64,000 nt of DNA from assembly GCF_009914755.1 (NCBI RefSeq), contig NC_060929.1. One strand, written 5' to 3'. The position numbers and the translations under genes are program-made. This document shows positions 22,260-45,886 of the stretch, piece by piece (positions within the stretch are counted from its first letter, which is position 1; each line of letters starts with the position of its first letter). Below the pieces are notes generated by a model. The model made no database searches and was not told where the DNA came from. It saw only the letters and a list, made by a program, of their open reading frames with translations. Source of the stretch: the human T2T-CHM13v2.0 reference genome, Homo sapiens.

Positions 22260-22783
22260 TGTGATGCAGGCGAACCCCAAAATGTTCTGCCCATCTCAGG
22301 AGGGTTTTCGGCTTCACTCAGGAAAGATTTCAAGAGCCAGCCAAAAGTGAAAGGATGCAGATTTATTTGAGCAACAGCATTCAGCAAAATGGCTGAACCA
22401 TAGATAGAGCAGGGAGAATGCATAGGCAGAATAGCCCAGAGTAGCACTCAAGAATTGTTGGCTAGCTATATTTATACCTATTCTCAATTATATACTAATG
22501 AAGGAGTGGGTTATTCACAAACTTTCCAGAAAAGGAGTGGAAAGTTCCCAGAATGATATTAGGTAACTTTCTGGTTGTTGCCATGGCATCATCTGTAAAC
22601 TGCCACAGCACTGGTGAGAGTGTCTTATGCAAATGTATTATAATTAGAGTAAATGAGCAATTAGGTCAACTAGAGGTCTCTTTGGTTGCTGTCTTGGTCC
22701 TAGCTGATTTGGGGCAGTTTCTTTCCTACGTCTTGTTTGGATTAGCAGTGTGGGAAAACAAGTCCTGCTTATCTCCTACCTCA
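22260..22783 (-). mobile_element. ERV1 solo LTR, MER66-like
   Basis: Reverse complement begins tgaggtaggagataagcaggacttgttttc and ends ...ggggttcgcctgcatcaca; TSD not found. Confidence 0.7.
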
Positions 22784-24474
22784 GCTGGACCAGAGTAGGA
22801 ATAGAAAGAGAAAGAAAGATGAGTCTGCAACAATGCCACAAGAAGGCTGGAGATTTGATAAGAAGCAGAATATATTCTGCTAAACATTTGCAACATTTTT
22901 CTGGAGCTAGTATGAATCCATTAAAAAATTATGACAAAGGGAATGATATGTTCATTAACCAGTAAATTCCCAGCTGAATAGTTGTTCACACTCCTACATC
23001 AAACAACTTTTCTGTTAGTGTCATATAAAAGTGACCTTAGAATTTCCCACAATTTGAAGAAAATCATGGACATTTTTTCTGACTGGACAAGCTATGTCTA
23101 GCCAATTGAACCCAAGAGAAATCATGCCATTTTCTTGTCGATAAACATTAAACAGTGGAACCTGTTAATGACAGAACTATACATAGACATGTATCATTTA
23201 AGAAAATGAGGCATGCAAATATAAGGATAAAAACTAAACCAAAAAAAGAGATAATTTAAGGATGATTGTTCACATTATTAAAAGATGATTAATTTTAAAG
23301 AATTTTTTCCTTCTGTGTGAATCCACCAAAGAACACTGAAAATTTTTGTTCTAAGATAATTGACTCTTCCTTTGGAGCCCATGAACAAAACTCTCCCAAA
23401 TTACTAGGAGCCACGTGATTCTAAATACAATGGCAAATGAAGATAAGGACCAGTGAAGTGATTATGCCAGGTTTCTTGGACTCCAGCATTCTAATTCTGT
23501 TACTATCCTTGCCAGGTAGAAAAAACTGTTTCAATATGCACTTCACACTTTTAAAAAAATACCCCTTTTATAATAAGGGTGCTACACCTGTACTGTTGTC
23601 CGATTTTGTTGAAGCCTATATTCATCTATTAAAATTTGGCCAATGAATGAGTAGTTTGGTTGCACATGCAGAATCAATTTCTTGAGTTTTTCATTTCAAT
23701 TTTTTCTTGACGGAACGTGCATACTGAATACTGGAGGAAGTACATTTTAAGGAGTTTCTTATTTTACTTTTGTCAGATGCTATTGAGAAGTGACAGCGTG
23801 CTGGCAGCCCTCACAACCCTTGCTCACTCTCGGCACCTCCTTGGCCTCAGTGTCCAATCTGGCCACACTTGAGCCCTTCAGCCCACCGCTGCACTGTGGG
23901 AGCCCTTCTCTGGGCTGGCCAGGCTGGAGCTGGCTCCCTCAGCTTGCAGGGAGGTGTGGAGGGACACATGGGGGTGGGAACAAGGGCTGCGCACAGCACT
24001 TGAAGGCCAGCGCGAATTCTGGGTGGGCATGGGCTAGGCATGTCCCACACTGGGAGCTGCCAGCAGGCGCTGCCACCCCAGGCAGTGAGGGGCTTAGCAC
24101 CCAGGCCAGCAAGTGCGGAGGTTGCACCAGTCCCCCAGCAGTGCTGGCCCTCCAGTGCTGTGCTTGATTTCTCTCTGGGCCTCAGCTACCTCCCCATGGG
24201 GCAGGGCTCAGGACCTGCAGCCTGCCATGCCTGAGCCTCCCCAAGGCCATGGGATCCTGTGCAGCCTGAGCCTCCCCATTGAGCGCTGCCCCCTGCTCCA
24301 GGGCGCCTGGTCCCATCAACTGCCCAAGGGCTGAGGAGTGCTGGCAGAAAGGCATGGGACTGGCAGGCATCTCCACCTGCACCGGGGTGTGGGATCCACT
24401 AGGTGAAGCCAGCTGGGCTCCTGAGTCTAGTGGGGACTTGGAGAACCTTTATGTCTAGCTAAGAAATTGTAAAT

Positions 24475-24660
24475 AGACCAATCAGCACTCTGTGTCTAGC
24501 TCAAGATTTATAAATACACCAATCAGTGCTCTGTGAGAACTAGGAGAACTTTTGTGTCTAGCTCAGGGATTGTAAACACATCAATCAGCACCCTGTCAAA
24601 ACGGACCAATCAGCTCTCTGTAAGACAGGCCAATCAGTTCTCTGTAAAATGGACCAATCA
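24475..24660 (+). promoter_or_regulatory. LTR12 CCAAT (NF-Y) box array
   Basis: Five ccaatca motifs (~24478, 24519, 24606, 24630, 24654) plus one degenerate tcaatca; NF-Y binding to ERV9 LTRs is established. Confidence 0.75.
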
Positions 24661-29744
<5,084 letters not shown>

Positions 29745-32619
29745 AGAATGAACCAATCAGCAGGATGTGGGTGGGGCCAGATAAAGGAATAAATGCAGGC
29801 TGCCCTAGCCAGCAGTGGCAACCCGCTCAGGTCACCTTCCCTACTGTGGAAGCTTTGTTTTTTTGCTCTTTGCAATAAATCTTGCTGCTGCTCGCTCTTT
29901 GGGTCTGCACTGCCTTTATGAGCTGTAACAGTCACCACGAATGTCTGCAGCTTCACTCCTGAGCCAGCGAGACCACGAACCCACCAGAAGGAAGAAACTC
30001 CGAACACATCCGAACATCAGAAGGGGCAAACTCCGTACACACTGCCCTGAAGAACGGTAACACTCACCGCGAGGGTCCACGGCTTCATTCTTGAAGTCAG
30101 TGAGACCAATAACCCACCAATTCCAGGCACACTATGTACATAACTTTAACTTCTTAACACATAAGATATTCCAGCTTCACTTCTCAGACTTCAACCTTTT
30201 ACTGGTTTTAACGTAACACTATTTAATTTTTCTCTAACAAATGAGGAATACAAATGAAGAAATACAAATGAGGAAATAATTGCTTATAATCATATGGTTG
30301 AAATCTAGTATTGAAGACAAATAATAATTTTGAATCCAAATGTCTACTTAAGACATAACTTTAGGAAATTTTAGGACTCAGGATTATATGCCTAAATGTA
30401 GTTCCTTGACTGATTTCTGGAAAAGTATTCAAAAAAAGGATAAGAGACAAGAAAACTTTGCAGTGAATGACATTATAGTTCTCAATAAGCACTTTTACAC
30501 CATATCCTCGGGAAGAACTGGAACATTTGCTAGGCTTTTTCCAACTTGAATTCCCAAGCTATCAATTAGAAATGGAAAATTACATAAATCGTGCTTGTAG
30601 CCCACAGTAACTATTCAAACTTTTGTTTCTCTTAGGATCCTTAGTTATACCTCTAAAAGAGAACACAGAAAAGAAACAAAGAAGTCTTCAGTTACTTAAA
30701 ACAAAGATATAGAGTAGAAAATACAAACATCTGGATTATTTTTTTACATCAAGAAGCATCTAGGATAATCTGCTTAACATTTTCCACTGAATACATGGCA
30801 TAGGAAATTTAATATGGCCCTCAGGGAGCCAGAGACATAGCACAAAGGTGCCATCTAAAATGTGAAATATTTAAAGTGCCAGTATGACTCTTTAAAACGT
30901 TTGCAAATTTCACATTCTACTCCTTGATCTATCAATGTTTATTTTAATATAAAAACGGTTTCTGCCACCTACATGTTAAATTAACACTTTTCACAAATCT
31001 TTGCATGAAATCAATGCTCTCAAAAATAGTGTCATGTGCATTTTAGGTTTTGTATATCTGAGTACACCTCTAAATATACCCATACCCATTTTTACATAGC
31101 TTAAGAAGCATGACCTATGCACAATCTAAAGGTTTCTGTGTTAAGAGCACACTCCTAAGGATAACGCTGAAGCCTCCAGGGTTCCAGAGATGGAGGACTG
31201 CCTGCTCTCCAGTTGTTGAATGTTGTCAATGTGTTAGACTTTTTTATTACTTAGGAAAACAGGTGGTACATGTACTACTGTGTTGTACTTGAGGCCAGAG
31301 AAGAGGAAGAATTTGCTCTCTTTAGTTAAAATAAGGAGAGTTCAAATAAAATTCAATGCTTCTCTCAGCTTGTCATGTTCATTATAAGAATACCAAATAT
31401 CATTTAGTTGCAAAATGGCATAATAATCACTTTTCTACTAGAAATCAATAGTGAATCATTAATAATATGAATACTAATAATACCTTCATAGTTCCCTCTC
31501 TCTGTTTCTCTCCCCCACTCCCCCTTTGTCTCTCAATGTTGTTATTAATAATTTTTTTCTATTTCTGGGAAGTTTATACATTCCTGCATAAACTTCTACA
31601 ATTTTTCTATTAGGGTTTATTTCTTAAATGGAAAGAAATAAGATCTACCTTTCCCTCCCCAGATGTATTAATGCTTGGCTGGAGAAGCTAATCACAAAAC
31701 CTAATTAGCATGCTACCCTTTGCAGCTGTGGGTGCTACTGAAGTGTCCTTCATTCATATTAAAATCTTCATTTTTGTGGAGGCTATAGAACAAGTAACAT
31801 AATATCTGGTGGACTGGCTAAAATATGCCACACAATTCAGTTGGCTAAATTGCAATAAACTGAAAAAGTAAATGGCTAAAAAATAGTGTTTTATTCATTG
31901 GGGCTCTTCTTGAAAACAAGTATGCACGCTTTTTTAAAAAAGACAGAGACAAAATCTAAAGTACCTAAGAAACACCAGGTCCTTTTCAATGAATTATGAG
32001 CAGTTGGTTATTTCTCCCAAGTAACTGTGAACACAGATTGTAAAATATTAATCAGCTTCAGCCTCTATTTATCATGCAGCAAAGATGGAAACCTCAGACA
32101 CAAATGTTATTAGCCATGACTCAGGTCATTTGGAAAAGTATCTTCTGGAGCTGGCAAGGGTGGGTCAGAAGTTCAGGACAAATGTGATTGGACAGTAGAA
32201 AGTAGAATGATGTCACTGGTTAAGTCAGCTGAGACAGGTAGTCTGAAGGCTGCACCTTAATTCTCATACCATCTTCATAACCGTCAGATAAAATTAATGA
32301 CACATTCCAAACAACAAAGGACTGTTGTTTGGTACAAATTACTTGCAAGGTCACTGCATGTGAACACCACATACTTTGTTAACCTCAGGCTGAGATAATC
32401 AAGAGGGAAATAATGAATTTGATTCCAACAAACCCCCAATAAATGACAAAGTTTTTAATTTTTTCATTCAATTACCATCATAATTCATACACATAAGTAT
32501 AATTATTTGCCTTCATAGAACTGAGGCATTAATCTGATGATAGTAAAAAAATACAGACCCATGCAAATAATAATTTTAGGGCAAAATGCATATATGGATG
32601 ACCAGAATAAATAGATGAA

Positions 32620-32840
32620 TAACGAACTTTTTAATGATTATACAATATCCGGCATGAGACCAACGGTTTTACACACACTATATCATTTAATCTTCAAAAC
32701 TATGAGAAGATAATACTATCATCCTATCCATTTTGTAGACAAACAACTAAGGTACAGTGAGATAATAACTTGACCAATGTTGTTGCAGATATTGTCAGAA
32801 CACCTAGGTTTGAATCTCAACCTAATCACCTACTAACTGG
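32620..32840 (-). mobile_element. MIR element
   Basis: tcatttaatcttcaaaactatgag...ccattttgtagacaaacaactaaggtacag...aacttgacca...ggtttgaatc. Confidence 0.75.
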
Positions 32841-33599
32841 GTGTACTGAAAAATACAGAAAGCTGTTCAATATTTTAAATATTTTAAATATAACAATAAC
32901 ATATCACAATAATATTCTGCCAGTGTATGAATATGGAGAGAAAGAGGGAGAGGGAGAAAAAGAGAGAGAGAGAGAGAGATTTTGTGCCTTTATGGAAGGG
33001 CAAGTTTTCCTTTCTTCTAGCTAATAGCATCTTGAAGAAGACATGTTTTGACAAAGGTAATGCCCTCCAGTTATATTTCATTGAAGAGGTCAGTGGCTGA
33101 GCAAACCCGAATGACTGTACAGCCATTCAATTTACCAGAAGTTTCAAAATCATTTTTAGATGGTATGTCAAATTATATTTTAGTGTACTAGGTTTTATTA
33201 GGCATCTTTATTGTCTTACTTATTGATGTGATGAACACTGCATGTCATACTGCCTGAAAAGGTTACAAAAATAACTTAGCATAAGAAATTTAAATAATGG
33301 CTGAAGAAGATATGAAAAATACAGCAGAAGCTGGCTGTATAAGAAATATTGACTGATATATCCTATATGTAGAGTGTAACGGCAATTTTTGTAACAACTT
33401 ACATAAGAAAGCTGTCCAATATTTTGAATTATTTCAGTAACATCAAAATTTCTTATTAACACAATATATTTAATTTGCCAGAACTATACTATTTAGTAGA
33501 AAGCTTATGGTACTTCAATTTTAGTAACATATAGCTTTATTCTTTTTGTGGATTAGCATGAATTCCATGGGAGGTTTGTTAGTATTGAATGACCTAGAG

Positions 33600-33800
33600 A
33601 CTAAACGCTGGAGTCAGATAATGGGTTGGAGGGCTGGCAGCACATTGTTTTTCAGCTGTGTGATCTCAGAGGTATTGTTTAAGTTCTCTGAAAGCCAATT
33701 TTTCTATCTCAAATTATAGCACTTAATTGTATACTCCTAAAAAGTAAAGAAAAAAGTAATATAAAGCAAGAAAAGGACTTACTACAGTATCATGTACCTG
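33600..33800 (+). mobile_element. MIR fragment
   Basis: ctggagtcagat...agctgtgtgatctcag...tctctgaaagccaatttttctatct. Confidence 0.55.
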
Positions 33801-33859
33801 GTAAATACCAGTTGTTGTAAAATATTATATTTTATTAAAATATAGTATTATTTTCCATT

Positions 33860-36800
33860 TCCAGGTGTGATGCTGTGAGTACCTTCCATCCTGCCTCTCC
33901 CACTCACTGCACCTAAAAATCTTGGACACAATGTATGGAGCTGCTATTCAAGAACTCTGAAAAGTAGTGGCAGAGATATTGTGGAAGAAAACCAGAATTA
34001 GAAGTTCTCTGAATGGTTGATGAGTTTATCATTTTTATTGCTCCCCAGTATTTCTCAACCTGGTTTCAATAAAGCCTCAGATCTTCAAACAGAAGAGCTG
34101 AGGAGAAGCCTTCAGCTCCAGCTCAAGGATTAGGAAAGGAGGTTCATAATGCTCAGAGAGAAAAATGGAGAGCTCTCATTTGTTTTCTTTTCATTTCTGT
34201 CTCTTGCCCCAGCCTATGGTGATTAAAACTCTGGGGAAGGAAAAATAGCCTCTCTGTTAAGAGGAACTGTGGGTACAAAATTAGGGGCATACCTTACTGC
34301 TTTTTATGTCTCTCTATTCTCCCACTGCTTGGCTCCAGACATGAGCACATTCAAGGGAAATGAGTGTCAGTACTGAGTAAATAAAATCCCGTATTTCCAG
34401 CTAGATGAGTCACAGTGAATCAGAAAGTACTCATGACATTGCAAAGAGGGAGAAGCCTGGGACAGTGACCCTATAGTTTATAAGCTGTTGAATCCACCAT
34501 TGAGCTCTACATATGTGGTTTTAACCCTAAGCAGTATACCGTAGACTTCGAAACTGAACTAAGATGTAGATCAGTACTCAGGTCTCACAATGGCCACTGG
34601 GTAGTACATAAGTAGGGAAGATCCACATGGTACTAAAAAGACTTTGACAACAGAATTAACATTGTAACTACAACCGATAGAAAGCTGGTTCGAACCTGTG
34701 GCCTGAATGTCATTGGATGTTTTGCCTATTAAAAAAAAAGTCAACATTCTACATAGAATTTAATAAGACTCAAAGTCTCATAATGTAATATACAAAATGT
34801 TCAGGATACAATCCCAACTTACCTAGAATATGAAGAACCAGGAAAAGCTCCATTTGCATGGAAAAAGATAATAAATAAAGACCAACACTGAGCTGACAGA
34901 AATGCAAAAATTGTTTGGCAAGGACTTTAATAATAGCAAGAGCTATTTTTTAAATGTTGCAAAAAGTATGGACAAAAACTCTTGAAATGAATGGAAAGCT
35001 AGAAAGATAATTATGAAGAAGAATTAAATAAAAATTCTCAAGGTAAAATAATAATAAAAATTTTAAAATATCACTTGATGGGCTTAATAGCAGAATGGAG
35101 CTAACAGAGAAATAAATAAACTTGAAAAGAAATCAACAGAAAAAATGTAATCCTCTTAACACAGAAAAAAAATTCTTTTTAAATAAATGAACTCAGAAAA
35201 CTGTGGAGAAATACCAAAAGACTTGATGTTTGCATAAACAAAATCTTAGAAAAAGAAGAGAAAAGTGTGGTGTAAAAAATAAATTTAAAGAAATAATAGA
35301 TAAAAACATCCCAAATTTAGTGAAAACTTAACGTACCTATTCAAGGAGCTGTTTAAAGCTCAAATAGGATCAACATAAAGAAATCCATACCCACGACACA
35401 TCACAATCAAACTGTTGTAAACCAAAGGTAAATAATCCTGAGAGTGGCCAAAGGAAAATGTCACACTACTTCTAACAGGAAATGATTTCCAAAAACTGGA
35501 GATTTCTCATCAGAAACAACAAATGCCAGAAGGAAGTGGAATAACTTTTATTAAGTGATCAAAAAAATTGAACATCGGGCTTCTATATGCAGCAAAAATA
35601 TTTTAAAGAAATAAGGATGAAATGGAGACTAACGAAGGAAAAAATAGAATACTCAGAATTAGCACAACTGCCTTAAAATAATTACTGAAGAAAGCTCCTC
35701 AGGCAGAAAGGAAATTACAACATAAGGAAGTTTTGAACATCAAGAATGAAAAGACCATAATAGAAATGATAATATATGAGTAAATATAATAGACTATTTT
35801 TATCTTCATATTTTTAACATATATTTGATGGATGAAAGAAAAAATAACATTTTCCGATGGAGTTTTGAAGTATGTAGATATAATATGTAAGACAACTACA
35901 TTGACAAGAAGGGTAAAAAAAGCCTATATGGTAATATAATTTTTATATCACACTTGAAGTAGTAAAATTTTGACCCTTAATAACCTGTGAAAACTATGCA
36001 TTTGTAAACTCTAGAGCAGCCAGTAAAGAGTGGCTCAAAGAAATATAGTAAAATACAATCAATAATATAGTAAAATATATTGAAATAAGAAAGCAAAAAA
36101 AGGGGAGACATCACAACAAATAATAAAACTAACTTTCAGAAAATATATAATGGTATACCTAATTCCAAACATGTCTATCATTACATTAAATGTAAACAAA
36201 ATAAACATATAAATTAAAAGTCAGTGATCATCAACATGGATTTGAAATAAAGTTTTATATATATATATAAATATATATATATACTCCATGCAATAATGAA
36301 TCAAAGGAAAGCTGCAGTGTTTATATTAATATCAGAAAAAGTAGGCTCTAGAGCAAAGAAAAGTTTTAGGAATAAATAGGGACATTATGTGATGATAAAA
36401 AGAATCAATACACGATGATAAAAGTAGTTCAGCAAAAGACTTAATAAATCTAAACGTGAATTCATCTAACTAAACACTCAAATACATAAAGTAAAAACTG
36501 AAAAAACTAAAGTGAAAAGGAGTTAATATCACCGATATAGCTGGAAACTTCAACACTACTCTCTCAGTGATAAATTGAACTAGTAGTAAATAGAAAATCA
36601 ACAAGGTGTAAAACTGAACAATGTGATCAATCCACAGAATATAAGTGACATTTATAGAACACTCCTTTCAATAAAAACACAATGCCCATTATTTTCAAAT
36701 ACATATGGATAATTGCTAAGACAGAACATATCCTAAATGATAAAGTAACTGTTAACAGACTTAAGTGAAATAAAATTGTACAAAGCATATGGAATTAAAC

Positions 36801-37747
36801 TAAAATTAATAATATATATCAGGTAAAATCTCCAACACTTGGGAATTAAACAACCCATTTTTAAATGAACCATGATTCTAGGAGTGACCTTCAAAGAAAA
36901 TAAGAAAGTAATTTAAGTTAAGTGGAAGTAAATAACATATTATAATTTACCAGAAATTAGATGAAATGCAGGTAAGGAAGAGCTTAAAGGAATATTTATA
37001 GTGTCAAATGCTTATCGTAGAAAAAGAAAAACTCAAATCAATAAACTAAGCATCCACCTAAATAAACCAAAGAAAGAAGAACAATATAAAACCAAAGAAA
37101 GCAGGAGAAAGTAAATAATAAAAATAAAAGCAGAAGTCAAGGAAATAAACACCAGAAGTGAAACAACTTTTGTAAAGTGGTGAAAGAAAAAAAAAGGGAA
37201 ACCAGATAATCAGAAGTAGAGAAATAGAGAAAACTTAGGAAACGAAATCTGGGTCTTTGAAAAAGTTAATAAAATTGATAAAGTTCTAGCATGACTGACA
37301 AAGAAAAAAGAGAGAAGGCACAAATTGCCAGTACTGGAAATGAACAAAAGGCTATGACTACAGAGCATTCAGACATTAAAATGGCAATAATGGAATATTA
37401 TAAAAAACTCTATATAAATAAAATCAACAACTTAGATGAAATGGACTAATGAGTTGAAAACTACACGCTACCAAAACTCACCCAAAATGAGGTAAATAAT
37501 CTGAATAGTTTTATAATTATTTAAAATCTTAAATCTATAATTAAAATCTTCTGAATAAGAGGTCTACAGGCCAACATAGTGTCTCAGATGATTTCTACCG
37601 AACATTTAAGGGAAGTCCTAAGAAAATAAAATTGAACTTTAAAAAATAAAAGAAATAATTTTTAAAATCTTAATACATCTTAAGAAAATAGAAGAACAGT
37701 AAATACTTCCTAACTCATTTTATGAACACATCATTGACCTGATACTA
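33860..37747 (+). mobile_element. Ancient L1M, 5' region + ORF1 + ORF2 N-terminal third; truncated at 37747
   Basis: Degenerate ORF1 (gatttctcatcagaaac...gccagaaggaagtggaata) and ORF2 (ttacattaaatgtaaa, gacatttatagaacactcc, ttcctaactcattttatga). Confidence 0.8.
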
Positions 37748-38290
37748 ACATGAAAAAATGTTCATCATCACTGGCCATCAGAGAAATGCAAATCAAAACC
37801 ACAATGAGATACCAGTTAGAACGGCGATCATCAAAAAGTCAGAAAACAACAGGTGCTAGAGAGGATGTGGAGAAATAGGAACACTTTTACACTGTTGGTG
37901 GGACTGTAAACTAATTCAACCATTGTGAAAGTCAGTGTGGCGATTCCTCAGGGATCTAGAACTAGAAATACCATTTGACCCAGCCATCCCATTACTGGGT
38001 ATGTACCCAAAGGATTATAAATCATGCTTCTATAAAGACACACGCACAAGTATGTTTATTGCAGCACTATTCACAATAGCAAAGACTTGGAACCAAACCA
38101 AATGTCCATCAATGATAGACTGGATTAAGAAAATGTGGCACATATACACCATGGAATACTATGCAGCCATAAAAAATGAAGAGTTCATGTCCTTTGTAGG
38201 GACATGGATGAATCTGGAAACCTTCATTCTCAGCAAACTATCGCAAGGACAAAAAACCAAACACCGCTTGTGCTCACTCATAGGTGAGAA
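37748..38290 (+). mobile_element. L1PA4/5-type ORF2 3' fragment lacking 3'UTR and poly(A)
   Basis: ORF 37935-38342 [21 protein letters not shown]...; ends at ctcataggtgagaa. Confidence 0.92.
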
Positions 38291-38298
38291 CCCATTAA

Positions 38299-42354
<4,056 letters not shown>

Positions 42355-43542
42355 AATGTGCTGGTCTTTAAACTTCCTCATGAGCCTGTAGTGATTTAAA
42401 GATTCTGGATTTCAATAATCCCTCTTTAGATGTTTATAAATATGTCCTTGTTATTAAAGAGGTGGTTATCTAAAAATATTTTATTAAGATTTTTTTGAAA
42501 ACATTACTTCTCCTCCAACTCTTATATTGTAAAAAAAGAGACCTCTGTTTACTTCACTTGTCAAAGTGTATGTAACTTCTGTTTCTAAAATGTCTTGCTC
42601 AAGATTCTGAGAGCTAAGCTGACTACAGAACTAAACTTCATCTTATAGTTAATTGAATTTTTTAGTTAACCCTCAATGCACTGAGCAGAAACTGGAAACT
42701 TCTGTGAGCCTAGGCAAAGTGCTATAGTTACATCCTGTAGTGCTGAAGTATGTGGAAGTCAAATGCATTACAGCTACTTATTGCATTTCTGTTGAATTCC
42801 ATTTCTTGAGATAATACATCTCATAAACCTTTATAGACACAAAAAATGTTTGGGCTACGTACAAACCCGCAATCCTCACTGGGCTATGCCCTCACATCGT
42901 TTGGTACTATTTCTGTATGTAAATACCATGTTTCCCGGAAGGGGTTGGGGGTCGAAAGGTTTTGTCCCTTAGATTGTATTTGTAGTTAAAATTGTTATTT
43001 AACATTCTTGCTTCCTTATTCTCAAGTTACTAATTTACAAAAATAATGAAATAAATATTACTATTCTCTGGAAAAAAGATTTGATAACACAAGAGATCAA
43101 GGGAAACTCCATCCTGGGACTTTGCCTAGCATTTCTGTTACGCCTTAGCAGTAAGTCAGATACTAACTAAATCACAAACATATTAACGATTACAATGCTC
43201 ACTTCTAGGGAGCCTTGTATCAGTTAAATTGCGACAATGTTGAGTGACAGAGTCTTGCATGGATTAAATTATAATTTCGTTGTATTTGAGGAAAGTGGAA
43301 TACTCTGTGGATCAATCTGGCCTGACACAGGCCCATCATTTGGTTTATTGAACAAGCGAAATGAAGTACAATGGGATATGTGATTTCACATTAGAAACTT
43401 AACTTTCCTGTGGAAAAATGGAATTTCAGAAATTGAAAATATGTGTGAGTATGTTTACCATGGTTCAGTCAAAGGAATTCTGGGACTCATATGGCAGAAA
43501 GAGACATGAGGGACTCTGAACCCCAATGAATCCACTTATTTC

Positions 43543-43822
43543 CTTTTTTTTTTTTCTTGAGACAAGGACACACTCTGTCATCCAGGTGGGAGTGCAGTGG
43601 TGCAATCATGCTCACTGCAATCTTGAAATCCTGGCCTCAACCAATCCTTCTCCCTCAGCCGCCCCAGTGGCTAGGAATACAGATGTGAGCCACCATGCCC
43701 AGATAGTTTTTTTATTTTTTATTTTTCTTGTAAAGATGAGATCTTGCTAGCATGTCCAGGCTGGTCATGAATTCCTGGCCTCAAGTGATGCTCCTGCCTT
43801 GACCTCCCAAAGCACTGGGACT
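43543..43822 (-). mobile_element. AluJ element, slightly 5'-truncated
   Basis: Poly-T, gagacaagg...ggagtgcagtggtgcaatcatgctcactgc...cctcccaaagcactggga. Confidence 0.9.
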
Positions 43823-45626
43823 ATTTACTTTGTCAAAAGGAAAGGCTGAGGCACATATGTCTGAAGTAATTTGGCTAAAGTAGTGCCAAAAAATGCCAGA
43901 GTTTACTCAATATCTTGTCACCCATATTATTTCTACCAGCCCAAAACATTTCTGTACAATTGACTCTAAAAGTAAAAGTAACAAAAAAGAAGCTAACTCA
44001 AGTCGTTTCAGTTGCTTCTTTCCCCAGTTCATTTATTAAAATTTAATTTAATAATCTAGTTAGGCATTTAGATTAATTACAGTTCAGGAAATATAACCAA
44101 TACTTCAGAATGAGACATTTGATCATAGTTCAAGATTTACGAAAGGCAGTTAAGAGAAACATCCTAACAATTGAGGAAGGGGCGTCTACACACAGCAAGA
44201 CATCAATCATCTCTGTTTGGCAGCCCTCGGGGAACAAGTCTATTCATTTCTCACTCTGGGTATAACATTCACCAGATATTAAGGAATGTGGAAAATTGGC
44301 ATGGAAAACTGCTAACTGTCCCTACTTCTCAGTAATCAGCAAACAAATTTCAGGAGAAAGGATGATCAGATGGAAACTTAATGCTCTTTCCCTGGAGTAA
44401 TACTAGTCCCTTATCAGGCAGGAAATGAGGATTGTTTCATGAACTAACCCTTACAATGCAAGGCTGACTTTCTACAAAATGTCTAAGATTTACTTTAGAG
44501 AAGCATTTTATATTTTCTCTCCTATCCCCTTATCTTTTTTTATTCCCTTTTCCTACGTTTTTTTCCTTCTGTGTTCAACACACATATCTTTGTCTCTTTC
44601 TTTATAAGAAGGAAGATTCATTTCTTAGGGGAAAACAAAATAATTACGTCTACTTTATAAGTTTTCTTCTTATTTCTTTCAACTTCTTAGTTCTAAATGA
44701 TACTGAAGAAAAAATAAACTTAGAGTTTATTTAAAAAAAATACGGCATCTAGAAAAAAAAACAGTGACTCCCCATCCAAATTTAACCACCCTTCACATCT
44801 TGTCATTTTAGATCACTTTATCTTTTGTATTCACTCTCTCATTTCCATAGGGATTGCACACACTCATTATAAAGAATCAAACAATACAGGATGTACAAAG
44901 GCAAACACTAAGAACTCACCCCAAAACAACCACTGAGAAATTATTCTCATTACCATTAGGTGACTGTCATTCTAACTTATTGGAATAAATAGAGATAACA
45001 AAGTGAAAATGTACAAGGGAGACTGGCGGATAAATTGATAAGTGGATGGAAAGAAGATAGATGCTAGTAATATTTTTATTAAAAGAAATCAGAATAAAGA
45101 GGGTTTTTTAAAAAAAATTAAAAACATTCCAATTATTTCATTTATATTGACTTAATTTAATAATGAAAAAGCAAAACTAAACAATTTGAACATTGAATTA
45201 TTCTTTACTATGCAAAATATTGTTTCCTAAAGTATCTCATGAAGGTGTAAATGAGAAAAGAAAACAGAGCATGCATACTTTCGACTAGTGTGAACCATGT
45301 GTTTCTATTTCTACTGACCCCTTGCTTTGAAGGCTAGAGGATTTTAGCATTCTCCCCTGTCTTCTCATCTTCCTTGCCTCAAGCACCTTGAACATTTGTA
45401 TTAGCTATACTATCTTATTAATATATCTCAGGTTTATATTATATCACAGGCATTATTTTCTGTTATATATCCATTATTACCATTTTGCTCAGTGTGAGTC
45501 CTGTGTTTCAATGGTTTCAATATTTTCAACTAGTCTTTATTAGACTACATGGCTTTAGTTTTGTTGTTTGTTTGTTTATAATCCTGAGATGTTGTTATTA
45601 GTCCTATTCTAGGGATACTATCTCAC

Positions 45627-45886
45627 TAAGGTTGTCAGGTCTAGCAAAGAAAAATGCAGCATACACAGGTAAATTGGAACTTCAGATAAGCACTAATTTT
45701 ATATTAGTATAAGTATGTCCCATACAATATTTGAGATATACTAAAATAATATTCATTGTTTATCTGAAATTCAGATTTATTGGGATGTCTTGTATTTTTA
45801 TTTGCAACAAGATGTCTAGTTAACTAGAAATTTCAGATAAACAGTATGTAATTGTTATTATTAGTAAGTATTTAGTCTGGCAACTT
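45627..45886. mobile_element. MER53 palindromic MITE with an extra partial arm
   Basis: aggttgtcagg...ttcagataa...agtataagtatgtccca...tttatctgaaattca...tctggcaactt. Confidence 0.75.

Noticed and set aside
23790-24382. Overlapping ORFs and CpG-island-like gene promoter
   Set aside because: GC-rich U3 of LTR12C; stop-poor by composition.
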